From a virus (taxonomy: Duplodnaviria > Caudoviricetes), in the IMG/VR virus record IMGVR_UViG_3300037471_000673, positions 32 through 64,031 of that record: 64,000 nt of DNA; one strand, 5' to 3'. Positions 6,941 to 15,977 of the stretch are shown in pieces (position 1 is the first letter of the stretch; every line of letters starts with the position of its first letter). A program made the position numbers and the translations under genes. The notes beneath the pieces were generated by a model. It was not told the origin of the DNA and ran no database searches. It saw only the letters and a list, made by a program, of their open reading frames with translations.

Positions 6941-8275
6941 ATGTCTTCCAACGCCATTATCCCTTTCGACTCCACCCAGACGACGGGCGTCGCTGTGGTT
7001 CCCGACCACCTCGTGGCGCTGTTCGGCGAATCGGCCAACATCACGCCGCGCTTCTCGATCAACCAGCTGTCGTACCGTGGCAAGGTGTGGCGCCGCGTGG
7101 TCGATGGCGAGGAAACCGTGCTCACGCGCCCCAGCGCTGACAACCCGGGCGACACCGAGCCCGTGCCGGTCGTGAGCGTTGTCATTCTCGATCACAACAA
7201 GGCTCGCAGCCGCGCGTTCTACGAAGGCGCGTTCGAGGAAGGCAAGAACTCGGCGCCGCGCTGCTACTCCAGCGATGGCGTGGCCCCGGACGCTTCCGTG
7301 AAGGAGCCGTGCGCTGCCACCTGCGCCTCGTGCCCCAACGCCGTCAAGGGCAGCAAGATCACCGAAAGCGGCAAACAGACCACGCTGTGCGCACCATTCA
7401 AGCGCGTGGCCATCGTACCCTCGGCCAACATCGGCTCGCATGTGCCCATGCTGCTGCGCCTTGCGCAGACCAGCGTGTGGGACAAGGACAACGGCGAGAA
7501 CGAAGCCAAGGGCTGGTACGCGTGGGACCAGTACCTCGACATGTTGCGCGCCCGTGGTGCCAAGCACACGGCCACGGTGGAGACGCGTGTGAAGTTCGAC
7601 TCGCGCATGGCGTATCCCAAGCTGCTGTTCTCCGCCAGCCGCTGGCTCAATCCCGAAGAAGCAACGGCCGTGAAGTCGCTGCTGGCCGAACGCGAGAAGG
7701 AAGTCGCTGACATCCTGACCGGCAGTGCCGATCGCGATGGCTTGGCGGGCCAGCCCACAGCCGCGGCCCCCGCAGTGAACGCGGAAGCTGCTGCCTCCAT
7801 GGCCGCTGCCGCCGTGCAGAAAGCCGCTGCACCGGCTCCGGTTGCAACGCCCGCCCCGACGCAGGCGCCTGTTGCCGCTGCCCCGAAGCCGCCGAAGAAA
7901 CCTGCCGCAACGCCCGCGCCCGCGCCGCTGGTCAAGACCATGACGGAGAAGGCCGGCCAGTTCACCTACGACCAGCTGATCGCCGAGGGCTGGGACGACG
8001 AGACGCTGATCGCCGAGGGCATGATGGTGATGGCGCCGGCCGCGCCGCAACCGCCCGCGAAACCGAGCACGCCCAAGCCGCCGAAGAAAGCCGCAGCTGC
8101 TGCACCTGCTGCTGAAGCCCCGGCCGTGGACCCGTTCGCCGCCGCTGCGAGCGCCAAGGCCGCACCTGCGCCCGCTGCCACGAACACCGCGCCTCCGGCG
8201 GCCACCGTGGTCAGCGACACGCCGCAGGGCCTGCAGGACTTGCTCGCTGGCTGGGACGACGACGCTGCGACGTAA
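6941..8275 (+). CDS. Putative ssDNA-binding/recombination protein with Zn motif and Ala/Pro-rich tail
   Basis: CATCASCP...C motif, long PA/K linker, acidic tail (GWDDDAAT); located in the replication module. Confidence 0.6.
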   Translation: MSSNAIIPFDSTQTTGVAVVPDHLVALFGESANITPRFSINQLSYRGKVWRRVVDGEETVLTRPSADNPGDTEPVPVVSVVILDHNKARSRAFYEGAFEEGKNSAPRCYSSDGVAPDASVKEPCAATCASCPNAVKGSKITESGKQTTLCAPFKRVAIVPSANIGSHVPMLLRLAQTSVWDKDNGENEAKGWYAWDQYLDMLRARGAKHTATVETRVKFDSRMAYPKLLFSASRWLNPEEATAVKSLLAEREKEVADILTGSADRDGLAGQPTAAAPAVNAEAAASMAAAAVQKAAAPAPVATPAPTQAPVAAAPKPPKKPAATPAPAPLVKTMTEKAGQFTYDQLIAEGWDDETLIAEGMMVMAPAAPQPPAKPSTPKPPKKAAAAAPAAEAPAVDPFAAAASAKAAPAPAATNTAPPAATVVSDTPQGLQDLLAGWDDDAAT

Positions 8276-8293
8276 ACTGCGAGCGATGTAATC

Positions 8294-8318
8294 GGGTGCT
8301 ACCAATTCGGTAGCACCC
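8294..8318 (+). terminator. Perfect 10-bp hairpin without U-tract (terminator, pause or processing site)
   Basis: GGGTGCTACC-AATTC-GGTAGCACCC in the intergenic gap. Confidence 0.5.
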
Positions 8319-8347
8319 CACCCCCAACAACGAAAACGGAGCCCGTC

Positions 8348-8698
8348 ATGGGACGCATCATCACTTCGAGCCGCATGGAAGATATCGCCAAGGCGCATGC
8401 GGCCGACCCGGAAGCACTGGGCCCGATCATGGCGGGCCTGATCATCGACGGCAACGTGCCTGTGGAGGCGGTCGCTGCGATGCTGTCGGTGTCCGAGCCG
8501 ACGATCTATCGCTGGATGTATGGCTCGTCCAAGCCACGCGACGCTGACAAAATCCTCAAGATCAAGCGCCTGCTCACTGTGCTGCGCAAGGCCAAGCGTG
8601 CGCGCGATCTGCCCCTGAGCGGCACCACCAAGGAGCGTATCAAGGCGACAATCGGTCTGGTGAACAAACACCGCCCGCTCGTCTCCCGTACCGCGTAA
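8348..8698 (+). CDS. Helix-turn-helix DNA-binding protein
   Basis: VEAVAAMLSVSEPTIYRWMYG is a typical HTH signature. Confidence 0.75.
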   Translation: MGRIITSSRMEDIAKAHAADPEALGPIMAGLIIDGNVPVEAVAAMLSVSEPTIYRWMYGSSKPRDADKILKIKRLLTVLRKAKRARDLPLSGTTKERIKATIGLVNKHRPLVSRTA

Positions 8699-8749
8699 CC
8701 GGCCAGCACACCATGCTGGTCCTCGGGAACTGCCGGACGGGGGTGGGAA

Positions 8750-11677
8750 TTGAACGCGCGTGAGTTTCTCGAACTTCTGCTGCCCTCCACAGGGTACATC
8801 TTCACTGCTACGCCGCTGGGCCGTGGCTGGTCCAACACCAGCCACAGGTCGATCGAGTCTGCGGTTGCGCACGTCAATGCGCTGACCTTCGCGGGCCGCA
8901 ACGCGTACTTCGCGGTTTCCACCTACGAGCACGAGCGCGTGTGGGACGCGAACTGGCGCGATCCCGAAAGTGGCAACGTCGTGGGCAAGTGGGTGCAGCG
9001 CACCCAAGCCAACGCGCTGTCCATCAAGTCGTTCTTCCTTGACCTCGACGTCGATGCGAACGACGAGAACAAGTTCGACAGCAAGGAACAGGCGCTCGTC
9101 GAGCTGCGTGCGTTCGTGCAGAAAGTCGGCCTGCCGCGCCCCATGATCGTGGACTCGGGCGGTGGCATCCACGTCTACTGGCCCCTTGCCCACGAGGTGG
9201 CAACAGCGACATGGCGACGTGTTGCTGACATCTTCAAGTCGATCTGCCTGTCCGAGAAGTTTCGTGCGGATCGCTCGCTTACATCGGACCAAGCTCGTGT
9301 GCTGCGCGTGCTGGGGGGCTACAACTTCCGGCGCGGCGCCTACGTGCGGCTGCTGGCACCGGCCACGCCCATTGGCTTCGCGGACTTCGAGCAGCGCCTG
9401 CAGGCGTTCGTCGACCAGCATGGTGTGTCGGTACCCGGGCCTGCGCGCGCTGCGGCCGCACTGCCGGCGATTCAAGGCAAGCCTGCCGATCCCTTCGATG
9501 CGGGCAACCTCGGCGCGAGCAACGATCCGCTGCACCTTGATCGCATCATCTTCGCCTGCCCCCAGATGCAGCTGCAGGCGGCCAACCGCGGGGCCACAAC
9601 GGGTGAGCAGCTGTGGAGAGCGGCGCTGGGCCTCGCCAAGTTCAGCGAACCACTGGAGCCCTCGTATCGCTGCGTGAGCGATGGCCACCCGGAGTTCAGC
9701 GATGCGGCCACGCTGGTCAAGATGAACAACTGGCGCACAGGGCCTACCACCTGTGAGCACTTCCACCAGCTCAACCCCAAGGTGTGCGAGGCATGCCCGC
9801 ACTTCACCAAGATCACCTCGCCCGCGCAGCTGGGGCGCACGGTCATCGAGGCAGCCGCCCCCAAGATCACCGTGGCTACCGACGCTGGCCCGCCGGTCGT
9901 GCTGCAGCTGCCCGATCCACCCAAGGGCTACTCGCGCCGCAAGTCGGACAATGCGATCGTGATGGAGACCGAAGATGAAGACGGCAACCTCGAATACATC
10001 ACGATCTGCCCCTACGATCTGTACCCACTGGCGCTGCGCGCGCAGTCCGGCGAGGTCAACATCGACGAGCGCAGCCAGTGGCGCGTACACCTGCCGATTC
10101 ACAAGGGGCAAGGGCGCGAGGCGCGCGACATCGACGTGCCGCTGGGCCTGCTGTCCGACACCCGCGCCCTGTCCAAGCACCTGTTCTCAAAGGGGGTCAT
10201 CTTGAGCGGCGACCAACCGAAAGCCACCCAGCACTACATGTCAGCGTATTTGCAGAAACTTGCCGACGAGGCGGGGCGTGAAAAACTTTACGAGCGCCTT
10301 GGCTGGCACGACGAGCACCGCACCTTCGTGCTGGGCGACCGGGTGCTGCGCCGCGACGGCTCTATCCAGCCGCACGTTGCTGCAGCGTCGATCCGCAACA
10401 CCACGCGCAACGGGCTGCGCAGCGCCGGCACCATCGAAGGCTGGAAGAACGCGATGCAGTTTTACAACCGGCCCGGCTACGAAGGACATCGTTTCTTCCT
10501 TTACGCGGCGTTAGGTGCCCCCATTTTCCACATGAACGATACGGGCAATAAAGGCGTCCTCATGACAGCCAGCGGCCAATCCGGACGTGGGAAAACTACC
10601 TGTCTTAAAGCCTGCGGTTCGATCTGGGGACACCCCGAGGCGCTCATCATGAACGGCAACAAGGATGGCTCCACGGTCAACGCGCTGTACTCTGCCATCG
10701 GCACCACGCACTCGCTGCCCTTCATGTGGGACGACATCACCGAGCGCGACCCCGACGAGCTGCGCCGCTTCCTGTTAAATATCTCGCAGGGGCAGGGCAA
10801 GCGGCGCATGACCAGCGACTCGCGCCAGTCCGAGCACGCCGACGTGTGGGAGACCATCGTGCTGGCCACCGCCAACACCGACGACATCTCGCGCATCCTG
10901 TCAAGCGGGCGCGACGTGAACCCGCACCTGATGCGCATGGTGGGCGTGGAGTTCAGCGCGATCGACATGGGCGTGGAAGCCAAGATCAAGGCCGACGAGT
11001 TCCTGCGCGAGATGAACGCGAACTACGGTCATGCAGGCCCAGCGATGATGCGAGTGCTGGTGCCGAACTACGATCGTGTGCGCACCGGCTACATCAAGAA
11101 CGTGGCCATGGTCGATCGCATGCTGGGATCGAACAACGCGAGCGCTGAGCGCTACTGGTCAGCCACGGTGGCTGCGGCCTACACGGGCGCGCAGCTGGCC
11201 ACGACGATGGGGCTGATCGACTTTCCTGTGCAGGCCGATCTGCAGTGGATGATCGATCACCTGTCGCAGCAGCGCACGACCATCAAGGAGTCCAGCAGCA
11301 CGCCGCTGGAGCAGCTCACCGCGTTCCTGAACGGGGCGCTGCGCAGCACGCTGATCCTGTCGGCCAAGGCAGCGTCGAACCTTGACAACGTGATCCACAA
11401 GCCGATGGACGAACTGCTCGTGCGCAACGAGATGGACCACAACGTGCTGTTCGTCGCACGCGCCGCGATCATGAAATACTGCGCCGACAACCGCGTGGCG
11501 TTCAAGCCCTTCGAGGCGGCGCTGGAGCGAGAAGGCGTTGTGCTCATTCGCAATGCGCAGAAGGTGCTGGGCGCTGACACCGTGTACGCCAGCGGGCAGA
11601 CGCGCTGCTGGAAGGTCGATGCAAGCCGACTTGGTGGCCTGCAGATGCCGCCACCGAACAATGGAGCGAAACCTTGA
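8750..11677 (+). CDS. Primase-helicase fusion (RepB-like primase, Zn motif, DUF927, SF3-like ATPase)
   Basis: FFLDLDVD and SGGGIHVYW primase motifs, CEHF...CEACPH, GWHD (DUF927-like), GQSGRGKTT Walker A. Confidence 0.88.
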   Translation: MNAREFLELLLPSTGYIFTATPLGRGWSNTSHRSIESAVAHVNALTFAGRNAYFAVSTYEHERVWDANWRDPESGNVVGKWVQRTQANALSIKSFFLDLDVDANDENKFDSKEQALVELRAFVQKVGLPRPMIVDSGGGIHVYWPLAHEVATATWRRVADIFKSICLSEKFRADRSLTSDQARVLRVLGGYNFRRGAYVRLLAPATPIGFADFEQRLQAFVDQHGVSVPGPARAAAALPAIQGKPADPFDAGNLGASNDPLHLDRIIFACPQMQLQAANRGATTGEQLWRAALGLAKFSEPLEPSYRCVSDGHPEFSDAATLVKMNNWRTGPTTCEHFHQLNPKVCEACPHFTKITSPAQLGRTVIEAAAPKITVATDAGPPVVLQLPDPPKGYSRRKSDNAIVMETEDEDGNLEYITICPYDLYPLALRAQSGEVNIDERSQWRVHLPIHKGQGREARDIDVPLGLLSDTRALSKHLFSKGVILSGDQPKATQHYMSAYLQKLADEAGREKLYERLGWHDEHRTFVLGDRVLRRDGSIQPHVAAASIRNTTRNGLRSAGTIEGWKNAMQFYNRPGYEGHRFFLYAALGAPIFHMNDTGNKGVLMTASGQSGRGKTTCLKACGSIWGHPEALIMNGNKDGSTVNALYSAIGTTHSLPFMWDDITERDPDELRRFLLNISQGQGKRRMTSDSRQSEHADVWETIVLATANTDDISRILSSGRDVNPHLMRMVGVEFSAIDMGVEAKIKADEFLREMNANYGHAGPAMMRVLVPNYDRVRTGYIKNVAMVDRMLGSNNASAERYWSATVAAAYTGAQLATTMGLIDFPVQADLQWMIDHLSQQRTTIKESSSTPLEQLTAFLNGALRSTLILSAKAASNLDNVIHKPMDELLVRNEMDHNVLFVARAAIMKYCADNRVAFKPFEAALEREGVVLIRNAQKVLGADTVYASGQTRCWKVDASRLGGLQMPPPNNGAKP

Positions 11678-11895
11678 GCCAAGAAAAGACCGCTATGGAG
11701 CTGGCGTTCGAGCGCGCTACCCGAAAGCACCTCGTGAACAAACTGCTCCCGCCCGGCTACGAGTACAAGACCTATGGGGTTGCCATCACCGCCGAAACGG
11801 AAGGCGATCTGTACGAGAAGATCACAGGCCATCGCAGCGAGGTGCTCGACGCAGCCGAGGAACGCAGGAAAGGCCGGCGCCGTGCCCCCCGCTGA
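11674..11895 (+). CDS. Hypothetical protein
   Basis: TTGA overlap with the primase stop; GGAG RBS. Confidence 0.6.
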   Translation: MSQEKTAMELAFERATRKHLVNKLLPPGYEYKTYGVAITAETEGDLYEKITGHRSEVLDAAEERRKGRRRAPR

Positions 11896-12043
11896 TTTTT
11901 CCCTGTGGCAGCGTGCCACGCTGGAGCGGTTCGCCCGGCAGGCCGCGGACGAGAACCGTGAGCTGCGCGAGCGCGTGCGCCTGCTGGAAGCCGTGATGAA
12001 GCACGTAGTGGAACTGCTCGAAAAGGCTGCCACCAAAAAATGA
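11882..12043 (+). CDS. Short coiled-coil protein
   Basis: ENRELRERVRLLEAVMK heptads; coupled to the next gene. Confidence 0.6.
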   Translation: MPPADFSLWQRATLERFARQAADENRELRERVRLLEAVMKHVVELLEKAATKK

Positions 12044-12429
12044 GCCGCAAGTACACCACGCTGTACGAACGCCTTGTGGCCAACACCGTGCTGGCCGAAG
12101 AAGATAACCCGAATAGCTGCTGGGTGTGGACAGGCCCGCGGCGCGGGCGCTACGGCTGCCTGTGCGTACGCGTGCCGGGTGGAGGGCGCAGCACCAAGCC
12201 CAAGACGATCAGTGCGCACAGGGCGATGCTCGAAGAGTTCCACAACATCGTGTTTCCCTTCGACGAGGGTGGCCACACCTGCTACGAGAGGCTGTGCATC
12301 AACCCGATGCATCTGGAAGTGCAGACGAGGGTCCACAACTTAGGCGAGCGCCGCGGCTATAGCATGGTCGAAGGCTGCATGATCCCGGTGCTGTACCCGC
12401 GCGATGACGATGCGCTGATCCCGTTCTGA
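12040..12429 (+). CDS. HNH/His-Cys-type homing endonuclease-like protein
   Basis: CWVWTG...YG...AHR...HTCYERLCINPMHL. Confidence 0.85.
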   Translation: MSRKYTTLYERLVANTVLAEEDNPNSCWVWTGPRRGRYGCLCVRVPGGGRSTKPKTISAHRAMLEEFHNIVFPFDEGGHTCYERLCINPMHLEVQTRVHNLGERRGYSMVEGCMIPVLYPRDDDALIPF

Positions 12430-12466
12430 AAAAGAAAACCCCCAGCGCTCTCTACTTCGCTGGGGG
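12429..12466 (-). terminator. Rho-independent terminator ending the late operon
   Basis: CCCCCAGCG/CGCTGGGGG stem with an A-run on its left (U-tract on the minus strand), where the two operons converge. Confidence 0.75.
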
Positions 12467-12538
12467 CTGAGGACGGATGCTCGCTGTCAAAAGCACCCGG
12501 AGGAGACAAGTTCACTCTAGGCTGAGTTCACCGATCCG

Positions 12539-12880
12539 TCAAGGCTGAGTTGTGACAGCCGCGGCCGGCGCCTTCACGGTCAGGGCGAGCAGCGACGCGA
12601 TCGCCGGGCTCTTGGTGAAGATCGTCACGAGCACGGAGACCAGCGGCTCCAGCTTGGCCCACACGGCTTCAATGAGGGGGATGTCCATCTGCGCCTTGGC
12701 CAGCGTGTTGGAGACCCACGTTTTCACGAGATCGAGTTTGACGGTGCCGTTGCCGGGACCGATGGCTGCTTCAGCGGCTTGGATCATGTCGGGCAGCATC
12801 TTGGCCACGCCCACTGCGGCCTGAGCGGCAGGGGCCATGGCGGCGAGCTGGGCGGAGAGTTTTTCGGCGGAGATGGTCAT
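12539..12880 (-). CDS. Hypothetical protein at the end of the lysis cassette (amphipathic)
   Basis: AAGGAAG upstream; last gene of the late operon. Confidence 0.75.
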   Translation of the reverse strand: MTISAEKLSAQLAAMAPAAQAAVGVAKMLPDMIQAAEAAIGPGNGTVKLDLVKTWVSNTLAKAQMDIPLIEAVWAKLEPLVSVLVTIFTKSPAIASLLALTVKAPAAAVTTQP

Positions 12881-13012
12881 GGGTGGCTTCCTTGGTTAGG
12901 GAGTCTGGATTATTTACGTAGCTCAGCTGTTGCGCAACTAATTTTTGGCGCTTACTTGCAAGCGTAAGTGATGCCGATCGACAGGCACTCTACGCGCGGC
13001 GGTTGCCCGAGA

Positions 13013-13423
13013 TCATGCGCCTCCTCGCAACGTATCGCTGTCCTGACGACTGAGAGGTGCGGGCTCAGGCCGCACCCAGACCGTTGCTGGCTGGCTTTGA
13101 GGTGCTGCCACTGCGCCTGCAGCGGGGTCGGCAGCGGCGGCAGCAGCGGGCGTGGCTGCGGCGGCTTGGGTAAGGGCCCCACGGGCTGCCCAATGGCCAA
13201 ACCCGGCCACGCCGCCGGCAACAAGAAAGCCAAAAGCAGACAGCGTGTCAGGATCGAGAAAGACCACGAGCGAGGCATATTTCGTTCCTCCCAGAGCTTT
13301 CACTGCTACTGCAGCAATGGCCGTGATCGCGGCGGCGAGCGCGGTGCGGTCGTGGTGTGCGAGTGCTTCTTCGACAGAGCGTTCGTCACGCCACGCGGTC
13401 AAGGCGGTGGGGATCAGGTTCAC
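13013..13423 (-). CDS. Membrane protein (holin/antiholin or spanin-like)
   Basis: GTG start overlaps the upstream stop; two hydrophobic segments and an Ala/Pro-rich tail. Confidence 0.6.
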   Translation of the reverse strand: MNLIPTALTAWRDERSVEEALAHHDRTALAAAITAIAAVAVKALGGTKYASLVVFLDPDTLSAFGFLVAGGVAGFGHWAARGALTQAAAATPAAAAAADPAAGAVAAPQSQPATVWVRPEPAPLSRQDSDTLRGGA

Positions 13424-13695
13424 GAGCGTTCCTTTGCTTGCACCATCAGACGCACGATGGCTGACCACAGCGGCGAAAAACACGCTGCGATGATCTGGTT
13501 GGGTTTGCCCTCTTGCACCAGAATGATGTCGCCGTCGTGGCTGCGTGCGAGGTGGCCTTCCTTGGTGGGCTCCTGCTGCGCCAGCCGCGCGACATCGGCC
13601 AACCGCTTGAGTGCCTTGGTGTGAGCGGTGTAGTCGTGCGCCTCGTAGGCGTTGCGTACATCGAGACTTAGGTGGTCGACATTGACGATGGTCAT
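13420..13695 (-). CDS. Hypothetical protein
   Basis: GGAGG RBS; coupled to the endolysin stop. Confidence 0.65.
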   Translation of the reverse strand: MTIVNVDHLSLDVRNAYEAHDYTAHTKALKRLADVARLAQQEPTKEGHLARSHDGDIILVQEGKPNQIIAACFSPLWSAIVRLMVQAKERS

Positions 13696-14303
13696 GCGAG
13701 TGCCTCCTGCGCGCGCTGCGCGAGTTGGGTGATGTGCTCCATGCCCAGCGTGCCGCCATTGACTTTGCGCCGCAGCTTGACTTGGTCGCCGAGCATAGTG
13801 TCGGGGATGGTTCCTTCCCACCAGCCGATCGCAGCATCGAGGCCGTAATGCGGCTGCAAGATCAACTGGGGCAAGACAGTGAGGTCTTGCCCAATGAGGT
13901 CTCCGACGTGGTCGTAGGCCGCGCGCCCCGTGATCATGATCGGGCACTTGCCGGCGAAGTCCCAGCCGTCCTCGGGCTGCGTGTTGCCCATGCGCCCACC
14001 GTACACCTTGTTGGCCAGTGCGCGTGGGTTGTGTGCATAGGGCACGGCGTCATCCACGCGTGGAAAGCGCATCGGCCACACGGCAACGATGCGATCAGCG
14101 GAGTAGTTCAGGTTTTCCTGCAGGCATTCGAGCATCGAGCACTCCCACAGGATTTGCGGCAGCCACGACTTGATATCGTCCATGCCGGCGGAGAAGCGCT
14201 CGGGCTGTACTTCATCCTCGAAGGCTGAAGCCCACGCGACGGCCGTCGTTGCCTGCACACCCATCGCGCATAGAATACGGTCCCAGTCGCGTTCGGTGAT
14301 CAT
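13692..14303 (-). CDS. GH19 (chitinase-like) endolysin
   Basis: PQILWE...QENLNYSA...NPRALANKVYGGRMGN...DGW...ITGR..Y pattern of phage GH19 lysins. Confidence 0.85.
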   Translation of the reverse strand: MITERDWDRILCAMGVQATTAVAWASAFEDEVQPERFSAGMDDIKSWLPQILWECSMLECLQENLNYSADRIVAVWPMRFPRVDDAVPYAHNPRALANKVYGGRMGNTQPEDGWDFAGKCPIMITGRAAYDHVGDLIGQDLTVLPQLILQPHYGLDAAIGWWEGTIPDTMLGDQVKLRRKVNGGTLGMEHITQLAQRAQEALA

Positions 14304-14590
14304 GGTGCGAAGTCCTTGCGTGAGCTGTCGGGGGGTTTGGCTGACCAGCGCCGCCGCGTGGACTGGATAAGCAGGGCCATCGCGATTACGCCAAGCGCGT
14401 GGTGCAGCGTCACTTCGCGGCCGTGAAGCACGTCCAGCGCCACACCGAACGCGAAGGTCGCGGAGAACGTGTACGCCAGTATCACGACCTGCCGGTGCGT
14501 GTTGGCATGCAGCATGTCGAGTCGGCAGATGCTCGCGCCGACGACGAACAGGCACACAAGGAGGAAGGCCAACGTGAAGATAAAGGTCAT
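14300..14590 (-). CDS. Putative holin (3 TM)
   Basis: Three hydrophobic segments, a basic C-terminus, and position next to the endolysin. Confidence 0.65.
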   Translation of the reverse strand: MTFIFTLAFLLVCLFVVGASICRLDMLHANTHRQVVILAYTFSATFAFGVALDVLHGREVTLHHALGVIAMALLIQSTRRRWSAKPPDSSRKDFAP

Positions 14591-14949
14591 GTTTGCTTCC
14601 CACGCCAGCGTGAGATGAACGCTTCCAGAATCGCCCCGGCGTTCTTGAGTATGAACGCGGCGAGTGCCTGCGCGAGCAGCCCACCACCGAGGCACGCGAG
14701 GATCAGCATCGGCCGCGACGTCAAGTGCAGGTAGAGAACCGCGCAATTGCCGATCGCAGCGCCCGCAAGCACCGAGAGCATGACGTAGACGATCGCGCGC
14801 GTTCGCCCCATCTGCTCGGCATGTGGCAGGGCCAGCAGCGCGCCCACGAGGGCGTACAGCAGGCTGTAGTAGTCGACACCGAACAGCGCCAGCGACGCCG
14901 TCGAAAGAGCCGCGGCGACTGCAGCCGCGATGCCAGTTTCAGGAACCAT
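14587..14949 (-). CDS. Putative holin-like membrane protein
   Basis: Multiple TM segments (LLYALVGALLAL; VLAGAAIG); GGAGG RBS. Confidence 0.65.
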   Translation of the reverse strand: MVPETGIAAAVAAALSTASLALFGVDYYSLLYALVGALLALPHAEQMGRTRAIVYVMLSVLAGAAIGNCAVLYLHLTSRPMLILACLGGGLLAQALAAFILKNAGAILEAFISRWRGKQT

Positions 14950-15538
14950 CACCCTCCTCCATCGAGACGTAATGAATTGGGGCGGTGGCCAGCGCCGCCA
15001 AGGCCATGTCGGTCGGCACATACCGGCCGGGATCATCTGCATGACGCGGCGCGGCAAGCTCGATGCCGCTTTGCCGCCTGCGCAGTGCAACCGCCTTGGC
15101 GCACCAGCGGCGGGGGTGCTCGTCTTCATCAGGCGGCAGCATGTTGGCACCTGCTGCCACTGCGCCTTCCTTGCTGTAAAGAAAAGGCGATGTACCCAGC
15201 TCGCGCCACCAGCTCTCGCGTTCGGCCTTGGACATCGGCCGGGCCAGCGGTACCCAGAAGAATCCATTCTCGGCCGTGGCAGACACGAGCACGCACCGCT
15301 CGTGCGGCACGACGGACTCGTAGACAACCAGCCGAGGCTCCCCGCCGATGGCGATCCAGTCGAACACCGCCACATGTGCGAACGGCCCCGTGAAGCGCTG
15401 CACAGCCTCGATCTGGATGCCGTACCACGTTGCCACGAAATCGTGGTGCAGGAATAAAAGATCGCCCGATGCGATTTGCGAGCGGGCCTGCTTGTAAGGC
15501 AGGCCCGCTCGCATGAGGGCATCGATATCGATCTTCAC
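14939..15538 (-). CDS. Permuted papain-like NlpC/P60 (YiiX/YebB-like) enzyme
   Basis: SGDLLF...FAHVAV (His) precedes YSKEGA...WCAKAV (Cys), the circularly permuted order. Confidence 0.7.
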   Translation of the reverse strand: MKIDIDALMRAGLPYKQARSQIASGDLLFLHHDFVATWYGIQIEAVQRFTGPFAHVAVFDWIAIGGEPRLVVYESVVPHERCVLVSATAENGFFWVPLARPMSKAERESWWRELGTSPFLYSKEGAVAAGANMLPPDEDEHPRRWCAKAVALRRRQSGIELAAPRHADDPGRYVPTDMALAALATAPIHYVSMEEGDGS

Positions 15539-15540
15539 GT

Positions 15541-15963
15541 TCAGTCTCCGTGGGTGGGCGTGTAGTTGCAATGCATCGGGTGGCCGGCGAGTTCTTCGTG
15601 CACACGGCACAGGCGAGCGAACTCGCGTTTCTCGGCACCCGACTGCCATACGGCCGCGGCTGCGACAAGGCCGACAACCGGAGCCGCTGCGGCCGCACCA
15701 GCAAGCACCAGCAGGTTGCTCGCCGTCGCGCCCCACTTCACCGACGAAAGCGTGTGCAGGCACTGCGTCTTGTCAGGCTCGGGCAGCGTCTCGCAGTAGC
15801 CGGCAAACGCGAAGCCACCGATGCAAGCGGGCACGGCACCGATCGGATTGAGTTCGACGCCGAAAGCACTCGTGATGCAGTCCGACGCGCTGGCAGCCTG
15901 CACGGTATTGCCCATGGCAGCCCCAGCTGCGAGAAGAAGCAGCGAGGCGAGAAACTTTTTCAT
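15541..15963 (-). CDS. Secreted Cys-rich protein
   Basis: Signal-peptide-like N-terminus MKKFLASLLLLAAGAAMG; six Cys. Confidence 0.7.
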   Translation of the reverse strand: MKKFLASLLLLAAGAAMGNTVQAASASDCITSAFGVELNPIGAVPACIGGFAFAGYCETLPEPDKTQCLHTLSSVKWGATASNLLVLAGAAAAAPVVGLVAAAAVWQSGAEKREFARLCRVHEELAGHPMHCNYTPTHGD

Positions 15964-15977
15964 AGTGCCGGTCTCCT

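Noticed and set aside
6872-10180. 1102-aa minus-strand ORF and other long antisense ORFs (e.g. 21903-23861, 24096-25736, 27985-29616, 40219-41781, 58526-59998)
   Set aside because: They are shadows of well-supported genes on the opposite strand, expected in GC-rich DNA with strong codon bias. They have no RBS or recognisable motifs.
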